A DNA stretch of 64,000 nucleotides from Candidatus Anderseniibacteriota bacterium (GTDB lineage: Bacteria; Patescibacteriota; Andersenbacteria; UBA10190). Each line of letters opens with the position of its first letter. Positions within the stretch are counted from its first letter, which is position 1. Shown here one piece after another: positions 28,171-37,164 of the stretch. Location of the stretch: contig JBBDZC010000015.1 in the NCBI GenBank assembly GCA_040900375.1, positions 8,366 to 72,365 on the forward strand, read 5' to 3'. Below the pieces are notes generated by a model that saw only the letters and a list, made by a program, of their open reading frames with translations, did no database searches and had not been told where the DNA came from. Both the position numbers and the translations under genes were made by a program.

Positions 28171-28704
28171 TTAGCTAACGGGCGTGGCAGGCAGGACTGT
28201 TAACAGCCAATGATTACGCTTGGCCCAGCGCGACATAAACTCACGCTGGGGCAGACAGTAGTTTTCTCCGTGCCAAGGATCATGCATAACAACCTCGTCA
28301 GTATTGTAGCCGACGATCACGGCATAGTGCCCCTCGTTATCTTCTGGCTCAACATAGTTGACAATCACCGGCTGCCCCTGGTCGATCAGTCGGCAAACCT
28401 CGACCCAACTACCCGGCTTGGCAGTAGAGGAGGGATGATAGGTCCGCAGCGTACGCAGCATATTAGCGGCGGTCGTACCCGCGGCCGCAGTTGTGTGCGC
28501 CGCCCGTGCCAGCTCACCGAGCGCTACCTCGGCATGGCAAAACGCCAACATCATCTGAAGTGATGCTGGCCCACACAGATAATTAGTTGTTTGTCGGAAA
28601 AAGGGGACAGGGATCATTGTCATAAGCATGTTATTAAAACCACGTTCCGCACCACTTAAGGTAGGCAGTACATTCATTAAGACAATCATTAAATGATTTG
28701 TCAA
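28171..28704 (-). CDS. C39-like papain-fold cysteine peptidase domain protein
   Basis: NYLCGPASLQM (Cys nucleophile) and downstream GHYAVIVGYN (His). Confidence 0.6.
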   Translation of the reverse strand: MTNHLMIVLMNVLPTLSGAERGFNNMLMTMIPVPFFRQTTNYLCGPASLQMMLAFCHAEVALGELARAAHTTAAAGTTAANMLRTLRTYHPSSTAKPGSWVEVCRLIDQGQPVIVNYVEPEDNEGHYAVIVGYNTDEVVMHDPWHGENYCLPQREFMSRWAKRNHWLLTVLPATPVS

Positions 28705-28716
28705 CTATTGCTCTTT

Positions 28717-28898
28717 GAGCTTGGTGAATAATGAATTATTGTACTCGGGTGCCGCCCCCGCCTTCACCAGTACCGCTCCGGCGGGTACACCGAGTCAAAG
28801 CCGCCTGCCCTACCGAAGCTTGCCGAAGCGAAGGCGGGTCGGACGGGGGTGCAGGTGCAGGCAGGCCCCGCTCGATACTGAAGTTATTCACCAAGCTC
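28717..28898. mobile_element. MITE-like element with perfect 15-bp terminal inverted repeats
   Basis: gagcttggtgaataa at 28717-28731 and its exact reverse complement ttattcaccaagctc at 28884-28898, flanking a GC-rich 150-bp palindromic core. Confidence 0.55.
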
Positions 28899-28967
28899 AT
28901 CTTTAAAATCGCCCATACAACAACACCCACTCAAGGTGGGTGTTGTCTGTTTGTGGCAATGTTGTTG

Positions 28968-30041
28968 TTAGCGAACCCGGCGGGCGATGACTGTTAAGCC
29001 TGTAGCACCAACCAAGGTCGTCAGCAGACCGACGAGACCCGCACCGGTGCGTGCTGTGACGGGGACAGACGTTACCCTTTGGACTCCCTTAACCTGCACC
29101 TGGCGCAGAACGAGAGTGTTGTCATGAGCACTGGCTTCCAAACCATGGTCACTACTGGTAACCACTACTTTGTTAACAAGCAGATGGTTATGAGCCGCAT
29201 CATGAGCGACTGTTGCTGTAAACGACACTTGCTTTTGTTCACCTGCGTTTAAGCTTAAGCCGCTCCACGTAATGGTTGAACCAATACGTTTGCCGCTATC
29301 GCTCATAGTCGTGATGTGTAATTTACCAGGAACCGTGTCCACAACCTTCACATCATGTAAATCAACTTCACCCGTGTTATGGATAGTAATGGCATAGGTT
29401 ACGCTATGACCCGGACGCGTAACATCACGATGATCAGTTTTACTCACCGTTAAGTCTTTATCCTTGCTCGGAGTTTCAGGCGTGGGAGTAGGTTCCACTG
29501 TTGGGGTGGGTGTTGGTGAAGGCTGCACTGTCGGCGTGGGAGTAGGTGTCGGGGTTACCTGACAACGACCATTAGGATGAGCCACAATGATACCGTGGAC
29601 TACAGATTCTCCTCGTGAGTTAAATTGGATGTTCCAGTACGGCTCCAGATCAATCTGGTAATCGCACGTGGGCACAGTCACGCTGAAGTGCCGTGTCTCG
29701 CCCGGGTTGACGACAACACGATCAGTAGCATCAAACAATTCTTGATGGTTATCCGCAAAGATCTTGTATGAAGCATGACGGATAATAATCGCGCAGGGCG
29801 AGTTATTAATGAAGGTAGCCGAGCTACCATTGAAACCGAATTTTATTTTCCCCTGCTCAACATAGGTCGTGTAGTCATCAGGGCTTGGGCCACCAATCGC
29901 TAAACAACCTGCAGCCAAGGCGTCAGGAATCATTAGGGTTCCTAGTACCGCCACCGCGCCAAAAATCATTACGCCAACAATCATCACCAAAAGAGCGATG
30001 AGTCCGACGGAAAAACCTTTGGAAGTGTGAGATTGACTCAT
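28968..30041 (-). CDS. cell-surface protein with DUF11-like repeat domain, TP-rich linker and C-terminal sorting signal
   Basis: N-terminal TM/signal, (TP)n linker, DUF11-like segment (DLTVSKTD...VTYAITIHNTG). C-terminus PVTARTG + hydrophobic stretch + RRVR, resembling an LPXTG/LAXTG sortase signal. Confidence 0.6.
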   Translation of the reverse strand: MSQSHTSKGFSVGLIALLVMIVGVMIFGAVAVLGTLMIPDALAAGCLAIGGPSPDDYTTYVEQGKIKFGFNGSSATFINNSPCAIIIRHASYKIFADNHQELFDATDRVVVNPGETRHFSVTVPTCDYQIDLEPYWNIQFNSRGESVVHGIIVAHPNGRCQVTPTPTPTPTVQPSPTPTPTVEPTPTPETPSKDKDLTVSKTDHRDVTRPGHSVTYAITIHNTGEVDLHDVKVVDTVPGKLHITTMSDSGKRIGSTITWSGLSLNAGEQKQVSFTATVAHDAAHNHLLVNKVVVTSSDHGLEASAHDNTLVLRQVQVKGVQRVTSVPVTARTGAGLVGLLTTLVGATGLTVIARRVR

Positions 30042-30318
30042 AGGTTTAACTTTTTAAGAATAATTCTAAAACGTTATTAAGGTTGTGTGTTGTGTTGCTC
30101 TTGTTATATGTTGTTATAAGCGAACCGTTCATTATAACCATAATTATAATATTGTCAATACCAGCCGGTAAGAATTCCTGCTCTGGGAATTTGCCATTTA
30201 ATGGCCTATCTAAGCTAAATAAAATTAGTCGGGGCTCCTCGGCTTTACAGGTCCTTTATTAAGGTGCCCAGCCAGCCGCCTCCTTAAGATCGTGTGGCGG
30301 CAGAGGTGTTGGTGCAAG

Positions 30319-31257
30319 CTAGGGCGCTCCGCTCTCTTGGGCTACGCCAGAGGTTGTTCCTTGCTGCAAAAAGATGTCAAAAGCTTGCCGCGCGTCATCA
30401 TGATCTATTACCACTCGGACGATAGTCTCCAGAAACGGAAAGGTCGAGTAGCTGCCTAAGCGCTTTATAAGAATCGGTAATGTCAGCAGACCCTCGCTGG
30501 GCACGGACACATGACCAGTGCGTACTAATTCCTCACCCGCCGTACGATTGCGCGAATGCTGACTATAGCCCGTAGCCAGTAAATCGCCCAGCCCGGCAAT
30601 GCTGTAGGTAGTCGCTGGTTGACCTCCCAACCTCGTAATCAGAGTACTCATTTCCTGGAGCGCGTGCGTGCCTAACCAGCCTCGGGCATTGTCTCCCACA
30701 GCCAAAGCTTGAGCAATCCCTAGTCCCAGTGCGTAAACATTTTTGAGAACCCCAACCACACTCACCCCTTGAGCATCAGCGCAGTATGCAACCCTAAGAA
30801 TCGTTGGCCGAAACAATTCCTCTAATTTAGAAAAAATCACAGGTGTGGTACCAGCTACCCCATAAGCCACTTTGCCCTGGAGTAGTTCACCAGAAAGCAT
30901 TGGTCCGCCGAGTATGACCAAATCCACCTGCTTTGGTAACATCTGCTGTAATAATTCATACATAGTTGCCCCACTTTCCCCATCCAACCCCTTCACTAAA
31001 CAGACAACAATGGCGCCAGGCTTAAGATGTGAGCTACACATCTGCAATGTTGGGCGAACGGCGGTAGAAGGAATGCAGAGAAATATAAAATCAGCGGCCA
31101 GAGTCAGTTGTGGCAAAGAAATGCCATGGGAAATTTTCGAGGCATCCGTGTCAAATAAAGCAATTTCCGCTTGCTGCGTCGGTGCAATAATCTTAGCCAG
31201 CGCCTCTCCAATCCGCCCCACCCCGATAATGAGAATACGCGGCCGACTCAAGTTCAT
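30319..31257 (-). CDS. gpsA: NAD(P)H-dependent glycerol-3-phosphate dehydrogenase
   Basis: N-terminal Rossmann (ILIIGVGRIGEALA) from internal start MNLSRPR; C-terminal GLGDLLATGYSQHSRNR, typical of GpsA. Confidence 0.8.
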   Translation of the reverse strand: MNLSRPRILIIGVGRIGEALAKIIAPTQQAEIALFDTDASKISHGISLPQLTLAADFIFLCIPSTAVRPTLQMCSSHLKPGAIVVCLVKGLDGESGATMYELLQQMLPKQVDLVILGGPMLSGELLQGKVAYGVAGTTPVIFSKLEELFRPTILRVAYCADAQGVSVVGVLKNVYALGLGIAQALAVGDNARGWLGTHALQEMSTLITRLGGQPATTYSIAGLGDLLATGYSQHSRNRTAGEELVRTGHVSVPSEGLLTLPILIKRLGSYSTFPFLETIVRVVIDHDDARQAFDIFLQQGTTSGVAQESGAP

Positions 31258-31736
31258 ACAGTGATAGCAGAAGTGCAATGAGGACACCGCGAAGCCTGCA
31301 CCGGAATACTTAAAGCACAGTATGGACAATTCTTCTGAGTGGGATCAGTAGGCTGCTGCCGCTCTTTGCGCTGGAGACGGTTAATCTGTTTGATCACAAT
31401 AAAAATAACAAAAGCAATCACTAAAAAATCAATGATGGCGTTTAAGAACAGGCCGTAATTAATAGTTGGCGCTCCTACCGCCTGTGCCTGGGTCAGCGTT
31501 TTGTAACCTTTGCCTGATAAATCAATGAAAAGACGAGAAAAATCAACCCCTTGGAGAACCAGTCCCAGGGGCGGCATAATCACATCCTTCACTAAAGAAT
31601 TTGTGATTGCGGTCAAAGATGACCCAATGACAATCCCAATCGCTAAATCAACAACATTTCCCCGTAGCGCAAACTCCTTAAATTCATCGAAAAACTTTCG
31701 TCCCTTTATTTGCATCTTTTGTATAGTAGCATTCAT
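31254..31736 (-). CDS. mscL: large-conductance mechanosensitive channel MscL with C-terminal zinc-ribbon extension
   Basis: FKEFALRGNVVDLAIGIVIGSS MscL signature; extra C-terminal CPYC...CPHC. Confidence 0.85.
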   Translation of the reverse strand: MNATIQKMQIKGRKFFDEFKEFALRGNVVDLAIGIVIGSSLTAITNSLVKDVIMPPLGLVLQGVDFSRLFIDLSGKGYKTLTQAQAVGAPTINYGLFLNAIIDFLVIAFVIFIVIKQINRLQRKERQQPTDPTQKNCPYCALSIPVQASRCPHCTSAITV

Positions 31737-31880
31737 CTTCCCTAAAAAAATAATTATAATATGGTGCTAATAGGTTTCTTTATAGAGAATTTCCCCCTCA
31801 TAATGCAAGGCCAAAAGACTAATATTAAAGATGGGCCGGTAGTGGCCCATCTTTTTTAAATCAGGAGGTACGAAGCAGGA

Positions 31881-32123
31881 TTACTCTACTGGAGCAGGAT
31901 TAACATCCACGTCAATTTCATCAGGGATGGTCACACCTGCATCATTTCCTCCCCCCTCATCGGGAGCCAAAGGAGTTGCCGCGCCATTGCGCAGCGCTGG
32001 AAGACCAAACAGAACAAGTAAGATGAGAACGAGAATGACGACAATGATACCAATGATCATACCCATCCCACTCCCACTATCGCTACCCGTTGATGGAGGC
32101 GGATTATTAACTACAGTTGCCAT
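31881..32123 (-). CDS. small membrane protein, hypothetical
   Basis: 80-aa ORF with one TM helix (IIGIIVVILVLILLVLFGL). Confidence 0.3.
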   Translation of the reverse strand: MATVVNNPPPSTGSDSGSGMGMIIGIIVVILVLILLVLFGLPALRNGAATPLAPDEGGGNDAGVTIPDEIDVDVNPAPVE

Positions 32124-32229
32124 AGAGATATTAATCTTAATGAATAAAAGAAGGCAGTACTAACATACCGCTACAGGCAGAGAAGAAAAGGGTATTTTTA
32201 CACTGGCTGTTGATAACAATCAACTGTAG

Positions 32230-32360
32230 ATAAAAGTCACCACGGGCGGGACACCCGTGGTATCGGGGGACTTTTGTCTGCGGCGTGCCGGCTCCGCCGG
32301 GACAGTGACAAAGCCTTTCATCCTCGGGCTTACGCCCAAGATCTTACGGGCTCTAGATAA
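32230..32360 (-). ncRNA. candidate structured RNA, paralog A of a two-copy family (unknown class)
   Basis: reverse complement is about 85% identical to 62392-62522. Differences in hairpins are compensatory or G-U wobble only when read on this strand. Confidence 0.4.
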
Positions 32361-32486
32361 ACACCGTCTCGTAAGCATGACCAGTGTGTATTTGCCTCAC
32401 TTGCCCCAGATAAAAACAAGTTTTCGCCCGTAAGCTCGCTCGCAAATATGAAGCTGTCCCCGCTAGGTTACGCGGGGTATTTGCGG

Positions 32487-32520
32487 GGTGTAATAAAACT
32501 CGCCCCACACAAAGGCGGGG
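32487..32520 (-). terminator. rho-independent terminator of the RRM protein gene
   Basis: aaactcgccccgcc-tttgtgt-ggggcgagttt hairpin followed on the minus strand by TTTTATT. Confidence 0.6.
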
Positions 32521-32543
32521 CGAGTTTGTAAATCACGGGCTAC

Positions 32544-32858
32544 TTACCAACTGTTGCGATTACCGCCACGGTCAGCACCATAGCCACCACCTCGGCGAGG
32601 TGGGCGGCTTGCCAAGGGGCGAGCCTCATTGACGGTCAACGTCCGACCCTCAAATTCTTTATCGTGCCACAGTTCAATCGCCTTTTGGGCATCTTCATCT
32701 GTAGCCATTTCGACAAAGCCAAAACCGCGTGAGCGACCGGACATTTTGTCCGTGATAATACTAGCTGATTCGACCGTACCCGCCTGCCCAAATGCTTCTC
32801 GCAAAGCATCCTCGCTGGTGCTGTACGGCAAACCGCCAATATATAATTTTTTTGCCAT
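32544..32858 (-). CDS. RRM-type glycine-rich RNA-binding protein
   Basis: RNP-2 LYIGGL and RNP-1 RGFGFVEM motifs; RGG-rich tail. Confidence 0.85.
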   Translation of the reverse strand: MAKKLYIGGLPYSTSEDALREAFGQAGTVESASIITDKMSGRSRGFGFVEMATDEDAQKAIELWHDKEFEGRTLTVNEARPLASRPPRRGGGYGADRGGNRNSW

Positions 32859-33072
32859 GTAATTTCACTTCTTCTGATTAACTTCGTAGCCGACCTTTCC
32901 TAACACTGACGCAAGCGCTTACCAATAAGCGCTGCGGGAAAACCCTGTCACTTACGAAGTGAACCAGCGCGGAAAACTACGACTCCCTTATCATACTGAA
33001 ATTCCCAAAAAACACAAGGAAGGTAGCAAAAATTGCCCTGTCTCTTTAACAGTAGGCTCTCTAGATCTTGGA

Positions 33073-33372
33073 TTAACGACGACGCCAGAGACGCAGCCCT
33101 TCGAGCAACATCACCAGCGCGATCAGAAAACTAATGCCGCTTGTCACTAAGGCTGGCCTGACAAATGTCTCCAAATCTGCTAGTTGGAAAAATAAACTTA
33201 GTACTAAAATCGTAATCCCAACTACCCCCACCGCTATACTTCCCAAGGCTAAACCCGCGCCAAGTAGTAACCCCCTAACATTGCGGCCGCTCCAGTAGTT
33301 TCGCCCAGTAAGCTGCGACGCCACATAATAGGTCGCACTAGTCGCTGCTAGTTTAAGCAATGGCTTGAACAT
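33073..33372 (-). CDS. YqjE-like small inner-membrane protein (holin-3_6-like), putative
   Basis: two TM helices; lies immediately downstream of a DUF883/ElaB-like gene, as in the yqjD-yqjE arrangement. Confidence 0.35.
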   Translation of the reverse strand: MFKPLLKLAATSATYYVASQLTGRNYWSGRNVRGLLLGAGLALGSIAVGVVGITILVLSLFFQLADLETFVRPALVTSGISFLIALVMLLEGLRLWRRR

Positions 33373-33382
33373 CTCTCAAGCT

Positions 33383-33637
33383 TCATTGCCGCCGTCCGCG
33401 AGAAAAAAGTACTCCCATAATGGCCCCAACCGCGGCGGCGATGGCGACGGCTGTCCAGGCATGCTCGCGGGCATATTCATCGACTTGTTTACCAGCTCCC
33501 TGCGCGGCGCGGGCCGCCTCTTGGGCAGCAGCCTTGACATCAGTTCGAGCGGCCGATACCGCCGCTGATAAATCCTCCCGGAGCTGCTGCGCATCGCGCT
33601 TAACATCATCATAAGGACTGCCTGGACCGTACTGCAT
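33383..33637 (-). CDS. DUF883 (ElaB/YqjD-like) membrane-anchored protein
   Basis: coiled-coil N-terminus and C-terminal TM anchor ending RGRRQ, typical of the family. Confidence 0.65.
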   Translation of the reverse strand: MQYGPGSPYDDVKRDAQQLREDLSAAVSAARTDVKAAAQEAARAAQGAGKQVDEYAREHAWTAVAIAAAVGAIMGVLFSRGRRQ

Positions 33638-33714
33638 AAAGTTTTCCTCTTTAATTACGTTTTAAGATAGCTCAACCATACGGCAGCAGGAGCGGAAAGT
33701 CGATAGAAAATACC

Positions 33715-34203
33715 CTATGATGGGCTAGGTTTAGTCAGGCTAAGAGCCAGTAGACCCGTCAATGGTAGTTGCACGAGAGGGCTCAACCCTAGGCCGAAAA
33801 TCGTGGGCATGGCAGCACGGTAGGACCACTGGTGAAAGATATATACCGCTTTAAATTCAATCACTACCGCTATCCCCACCGCTAAACCGACAAAAACAGC
33901 GGTGGATAAACTGGTCCGCCGATTAAACCACGCCGCATCTTTGAAGAAAATCGCGCCTAGAGCGAGCACGAGCAAAAGCAAGAGCATATCCGTCAAGGCA
34001 CAGTCGGTCATCATGAGAACAAAATCTGGTAGTGAGGAGATCTGACGAGGCTGACCATCAGGGAAACCCTGGTACAAATAGACCGCGTGCCACGACTCCC
34101 ACAGAAAATTAAGCAGAAAAGTGCTCACCGAAAATACTAACAAGCGACGGTATTTCTTCAAGCCCTGCTGGAGGGGCAAGAAAAAGTTAGGAGAGCTTAC
34201 CAT
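33715..34203 (-). CDS. membrane protein, hypothetical
   Basis: four or five hydrophobic helices; no motif recognised. Confidence 0.35.
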   Translation of the reverse strand: MVSSPNFFLPLQQGLKKYRRLLVFSVSTFLLNFLWESWHAVYLYQGFPDGQPRQISSLPDFVLMMTDCALTDMLLLLLVLALGAIFFKDAAWFNRRTSLSTAVFVGLAVGIAVVIEFKAVYIFHQWSYRAAMPTIFGLGLSPLVQLPLTGLLALSLTKPSPS

Positions 34204-34301
34204 ATCCCCTAGTTTACCTTAGAAGCACACTCATAGTCACAGGCCGCAACGATCCGCCTGGCTATGTTTGCGGTCAGCGGCATTTCTGGTATGGTAAAAA
34301 A

Positions 34302-34733
34302 ATGAAAAAGACCGTCGCCCCCATTGCCGAGCCGAATATAACGGCCGAAATCATCCAACAACCAGAAATCGTGGCCGATGATGATCGCGGTGTTATTGAA
34401 AAACTAGCGGCAGGCAATTACCAAAGTGTTTTGCGGATTACGTCGAAGCGGGGCACGGTCCGTGCCAATCACTACCACAAACGCGACTCTCACCTCTGCT
34501 ACCTCGTGCGCGGCAAAATTGAGTACTGGCACCAACTAGTAGATACTCCCCAAGCACCACTCGAAAAAATTATCATTACCCCTGGGCAGTTATTTTATAC
34601 CCCTCCTTTAGTCGCTCACGCTATGCATTTCCTCGAGGACTCGGAATTCTACTGTTTTACGACGCAACCCCGTTCGCAAGCCGCCTATGAAGAAGACATA
34701 GTCCGCGTCACTGTGTTTGTGCCTCCCGCGTAA
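34302..34733 (+). CDS. WxcM/FdtA-like cupin (NDP-sugar 3,4-ketoisomerase family)
   Basis: cupin core RANHYHKRDSHLCYLVRGKI with His residues; first gene of a sugar-modification operon. Confidence 0.6.
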   Translation: MKKTVAPIAEPNITAEIIQQPEIVADDDRGVIEKLAAGNYQSVLRITSKRGTVRANHYHKRDSHLCYLVRGKIEYWHQLVDTPQAPLEKIIITPGQLFYTPPLVAHAMHFLEDSEFYCFTTQPRSQAAYEEDIVRVTVFVPPA

Positions 34734-34735
34734 CA

Positions 34736-36013
34736 ATGTCCTTCCCTCTTCAAGACCGCACCGAGACGGACCAGCTCTTTCAGACGCGCTCAACCTGCCG
34801 CTTGTGTGCCAGTCAAGACTTGCAGCAATTATGGTCCTTTGGGACTACCCCACTGGCCAATGCGTATCTTAAACCCGAACAAATTGGCCAATCAGAAGCT
34901 TTTGTACCATTGACGGTCTCGCAATGCGCTACGTGCCATCTTGTGCAAATGCCGCATGTTGTTTCCCCGGAAATTCTTTTTGCCAACTATCATTATCTTT
35001 CCTCCACCTCACCGAGCTTTGTGGCCCACTTTGTTCAATATGCTCAAGCTCTCAGGCAACGATTCCACCTGACAGAACAATCGCTCGTGGTTGATATTGG
35101 CAGCAACGATGGCGTACTCTTAAAGCCCTTGCGCGACGCTGGCATACGGGTCCTCGGTATTGAACCAGCCCAGAACATTGCGGCGATGGCACTCACCGAA
35201 GGCATTGAGACAATTGCCCAGTTTTTTACTCCCCCGCTCGCGAGCGCGCTTGCCAGCAGTCATGGCCAAGCAGACATTATTACTGCCAATAACGTATTTG
35301 CGCACACTGATACAGTGGATGTTTTTGTCGCGGCGGTGCGCACCTTGCTCAAACCCGAGGGAGTATTCATTTTTGAGGTCCAGTATTTAGGCGATCTCGT
35401 GGAGAAAAACTTATTTGATATCGTCTATCATGAGCATCTCTGTTACTACCACCTTACCCCGCTTATTCCCTTCTTTGCTGCCCAGGGCTTGCAAGTTTTT
35501 GATGTCGAGCGGCAGGATGTTCATGGTGGATCACTGCGAGTATTCGTGCAACATCAAGGGGGACCCCACCATCCTTCTGCCCGACTATCCCAAATCCTAG
35601 CCGCCGAAGAACAGCAGGGGCTAAACCGCGTCGCGACGTACACTGATTTTGCCAAGCGTGTTGCTCATAACAAGCATAAATTACAAACCCTCATTCGCAC
35701 ACTCAAAAATGATGGCAAGCGCATTGTCGGTTACGGCGCCCCCGCCAAAGCTACCACTTTGCTTTACGCCTTTGACATCGATCACATCCTCCTCGACTAC
35801 ATTGTCGACGACGACAAAAAGATAAAGCAGGGTCTGGTGATGCCGGGCAACCACATTCCTATTGTCGCCCCCGAGAAGCTCTACAAAGACAAGCCCGATT
35901 ACTGCTTGATTCTTGCCTGGAACTTTGCCCAACCCATTATCCAAAATCATCAGCGCTTTACCGCGCAGGGAGGACAGTTTATTATTCCTATACCAGAGCC
36001 AACTGTTGTCTAA
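34736..36013 (+). CDS. NDP-hexose C-methyltransferase (zinc-finger N-terminus + SAM methyltransferase + C-methyltransferase C-terminal domain)
   Basis: N-terminal CRLC...CATCHL zinc-binding pair, SAM motif VVDIGSNDG, C-terminal domain typical of TylC3-type sugar C-methyltransferases. Confidence 0.65.
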   Translation: MSFPLQDRTETDQLFQTRSTCRLCASQDLQQLWSFGTTPLANAYLKPEQIGQSEAFVPLTVSQCATCHLVQMPHVVSPEILFANYHYLSSTSPSFVAHFVQYAQALRQRFHLTEQSLVVDIGSNDGVLLKPLRDAGIRVLGIEPAQNIAAMALTEGIETIAQFFTPPLASALASSHGQADIITANNVFAHTDTVDVFVAAVRTLLKPEGVFIFEVQYLGDLVEKNLFDIVYHEHLCYYHLTPLIPFFAAQGLQVFDVERQDVHGGSLRVFVQHQGGPHHPSARLSQILAAEEQQGLNRVATYTDFAKRVAHNKHKLQTLIRTLKNDGKRIVGYGAPAKATTLLYAFDIDHILLDYIVDDDKKIKQGLVMPGNHIPIVAPEKLYKDKPDYCLILAWNFAQPIIQNHQRFTAQGGQFIIPIPEPTVV

Positions 36014-37132
36014 GTGATGCCTACCTCTCCTATCATCCAAGCTGACATCGCCACTATCGTCCAGGGTGTAGGCAAAGATGCTGAACAATTTTCCGGAAAA
36101 ACCATCCTCATTAGTGGCGGCGCAGGCTTTCTCGGAAAATACTTTTTAGGAGTTTTTAGCTATCTTAACGAGCACGTCTTAGCCCAACCCTGCCGCGTCG
36201 TGTCAGTCGATAACTACATCACCGGCCAGCGCGATCCTAATTTTGACTACAGCGATAAAACCCACATCCTTGATGTCTGGGGAGATGTTACGTTCCCCTT
36301 GCCTATCCGTGAAGATATTAACTACATTATTCATGCCGCCGGCCTGGCCTCACCGGTGTACTACATGCAATATCCGCTTGAGACGATCGAAAGCGCTGTC
36401 ACCGGTGCCAAAAACCTTTTAGAACTAGCGCGCCGGAACCATCTTGATGGTTTTCTTTTATTCAGTTCTAGCGAAATTTACGGCGATCCAGACCCTCGCT
36501 CCATTCCCACCCCCGAAACCTACCACGGCAATGTTTCGAGCGTCGGCCCCCGTGCATGTTACGACGAATCTAAGCGCTTAGCCGAGACCATCGCTACTAT
36601 TTACCAGCAGCACCACGGCATACCCATTAAGATCATTCGGCCTTTTAACGTCTTTGGGCCAGGCATGAAGCACAACGATCGCCGGGTTGTGCCTATGTTT
36701 GCCTACCAAGCTTTAAATAGCCAAACCTTGCCTGTGCACGGCGATGGTCACCAAACGCGCACATTCTGCTACATCACTGACGCCATGACTGGTTTTCTTA
36801 AAGGCTTGCTGCGGGGCCACGCCGGCGAAGCCTACAACATTGGCAATGATGATAATGAAATCTCAATGCGTGATCTCGCCGCTCTCTTTACCAGCGTGGT
36901 CAGCCCCAACGCTACCTATGCTATGATTCCGTACCCTGTTACATACCCTGCCGGCGAACCCCAGCGGCGCTGCCCTGACTTGCACAAGGCCAAAAATCAT
37001 CTTGAATTTACACCTCATGTCTCACTGCGCCAGGGTCTTGAAAGGTTCATCGAGTGGTGTCGCAGTGAAGAATCGTATGTCGGTGCCCAAGCAGCCAGTG
37101 TCCCTGTATTACTCTCTACTTCCGGTTCTTAA
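36014..37132 (+). CDS. NAD-dependent epimerase/dehydratase (extended SDR; UDP-glucuronate decarboxylase- or NDP-sugar dehydratase-like)
   Basis: GGAGFLG Rossmann motif, YxxxK catalytic pair (YDESKRL). Confidence 0.8.
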   Translation: MMPTSPIIQADIATIVQGVGKDAEQFSGKTILISGGAGFLGKYFLGVFSYLNEHVLAQPCRVVSVDNYITGQRDPNFDYSDKTHILDVWGDVTFPLPIREDINYIIHAAGLASPVYYMQYPLETIESAVTGAKNLLELARRNHLDGFLLFSSSEIYGDPDPRSIPTPETYHGNVSSVGPRACYDESKRLAETIATIYQQHHGIPIKIIRPFNVFGPGMKHNDRRVVPMFAYQALNSQTLPVHGDGHQTRTFCYITDAMTGFLKGLLRGHAGEAYNIGNDDNEISMRDLAALFTSVVSPNATYAMIPYPVTYPAGEPQRRCPDLHKAKNHLEFTPHVSLRQGLERFIEWCRSEESYVGAQAASVPVLLSTSGS

Positions 37133-37164
37133 GTCCCGTGCAGTCTCATTAAGCTTTTATCACT

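Noticed and set aside
28731-28997. 88-aa plus-strand ORF starting inside the MITE-like element
   Set aside because: It begins within the left TIR, runs through the GC-rich palindromic core (Pro/Arg/Gly-rich translation), and has no RBS. Most likely non-coding.
32230-32360. Identification of the paired structured element as RNase P RNA, tmRNA, SRP RNA, 6S RNA or group II intron domain V
   Set aside because: None of the universally conserved motifs (GGAAAGUCCGG, tmRNA tag ORF and T-arm, SRP GGAA tetraloop helix 8 motif, DV AGC-bulge hairpin) could be located by eye. Left as unknown class.
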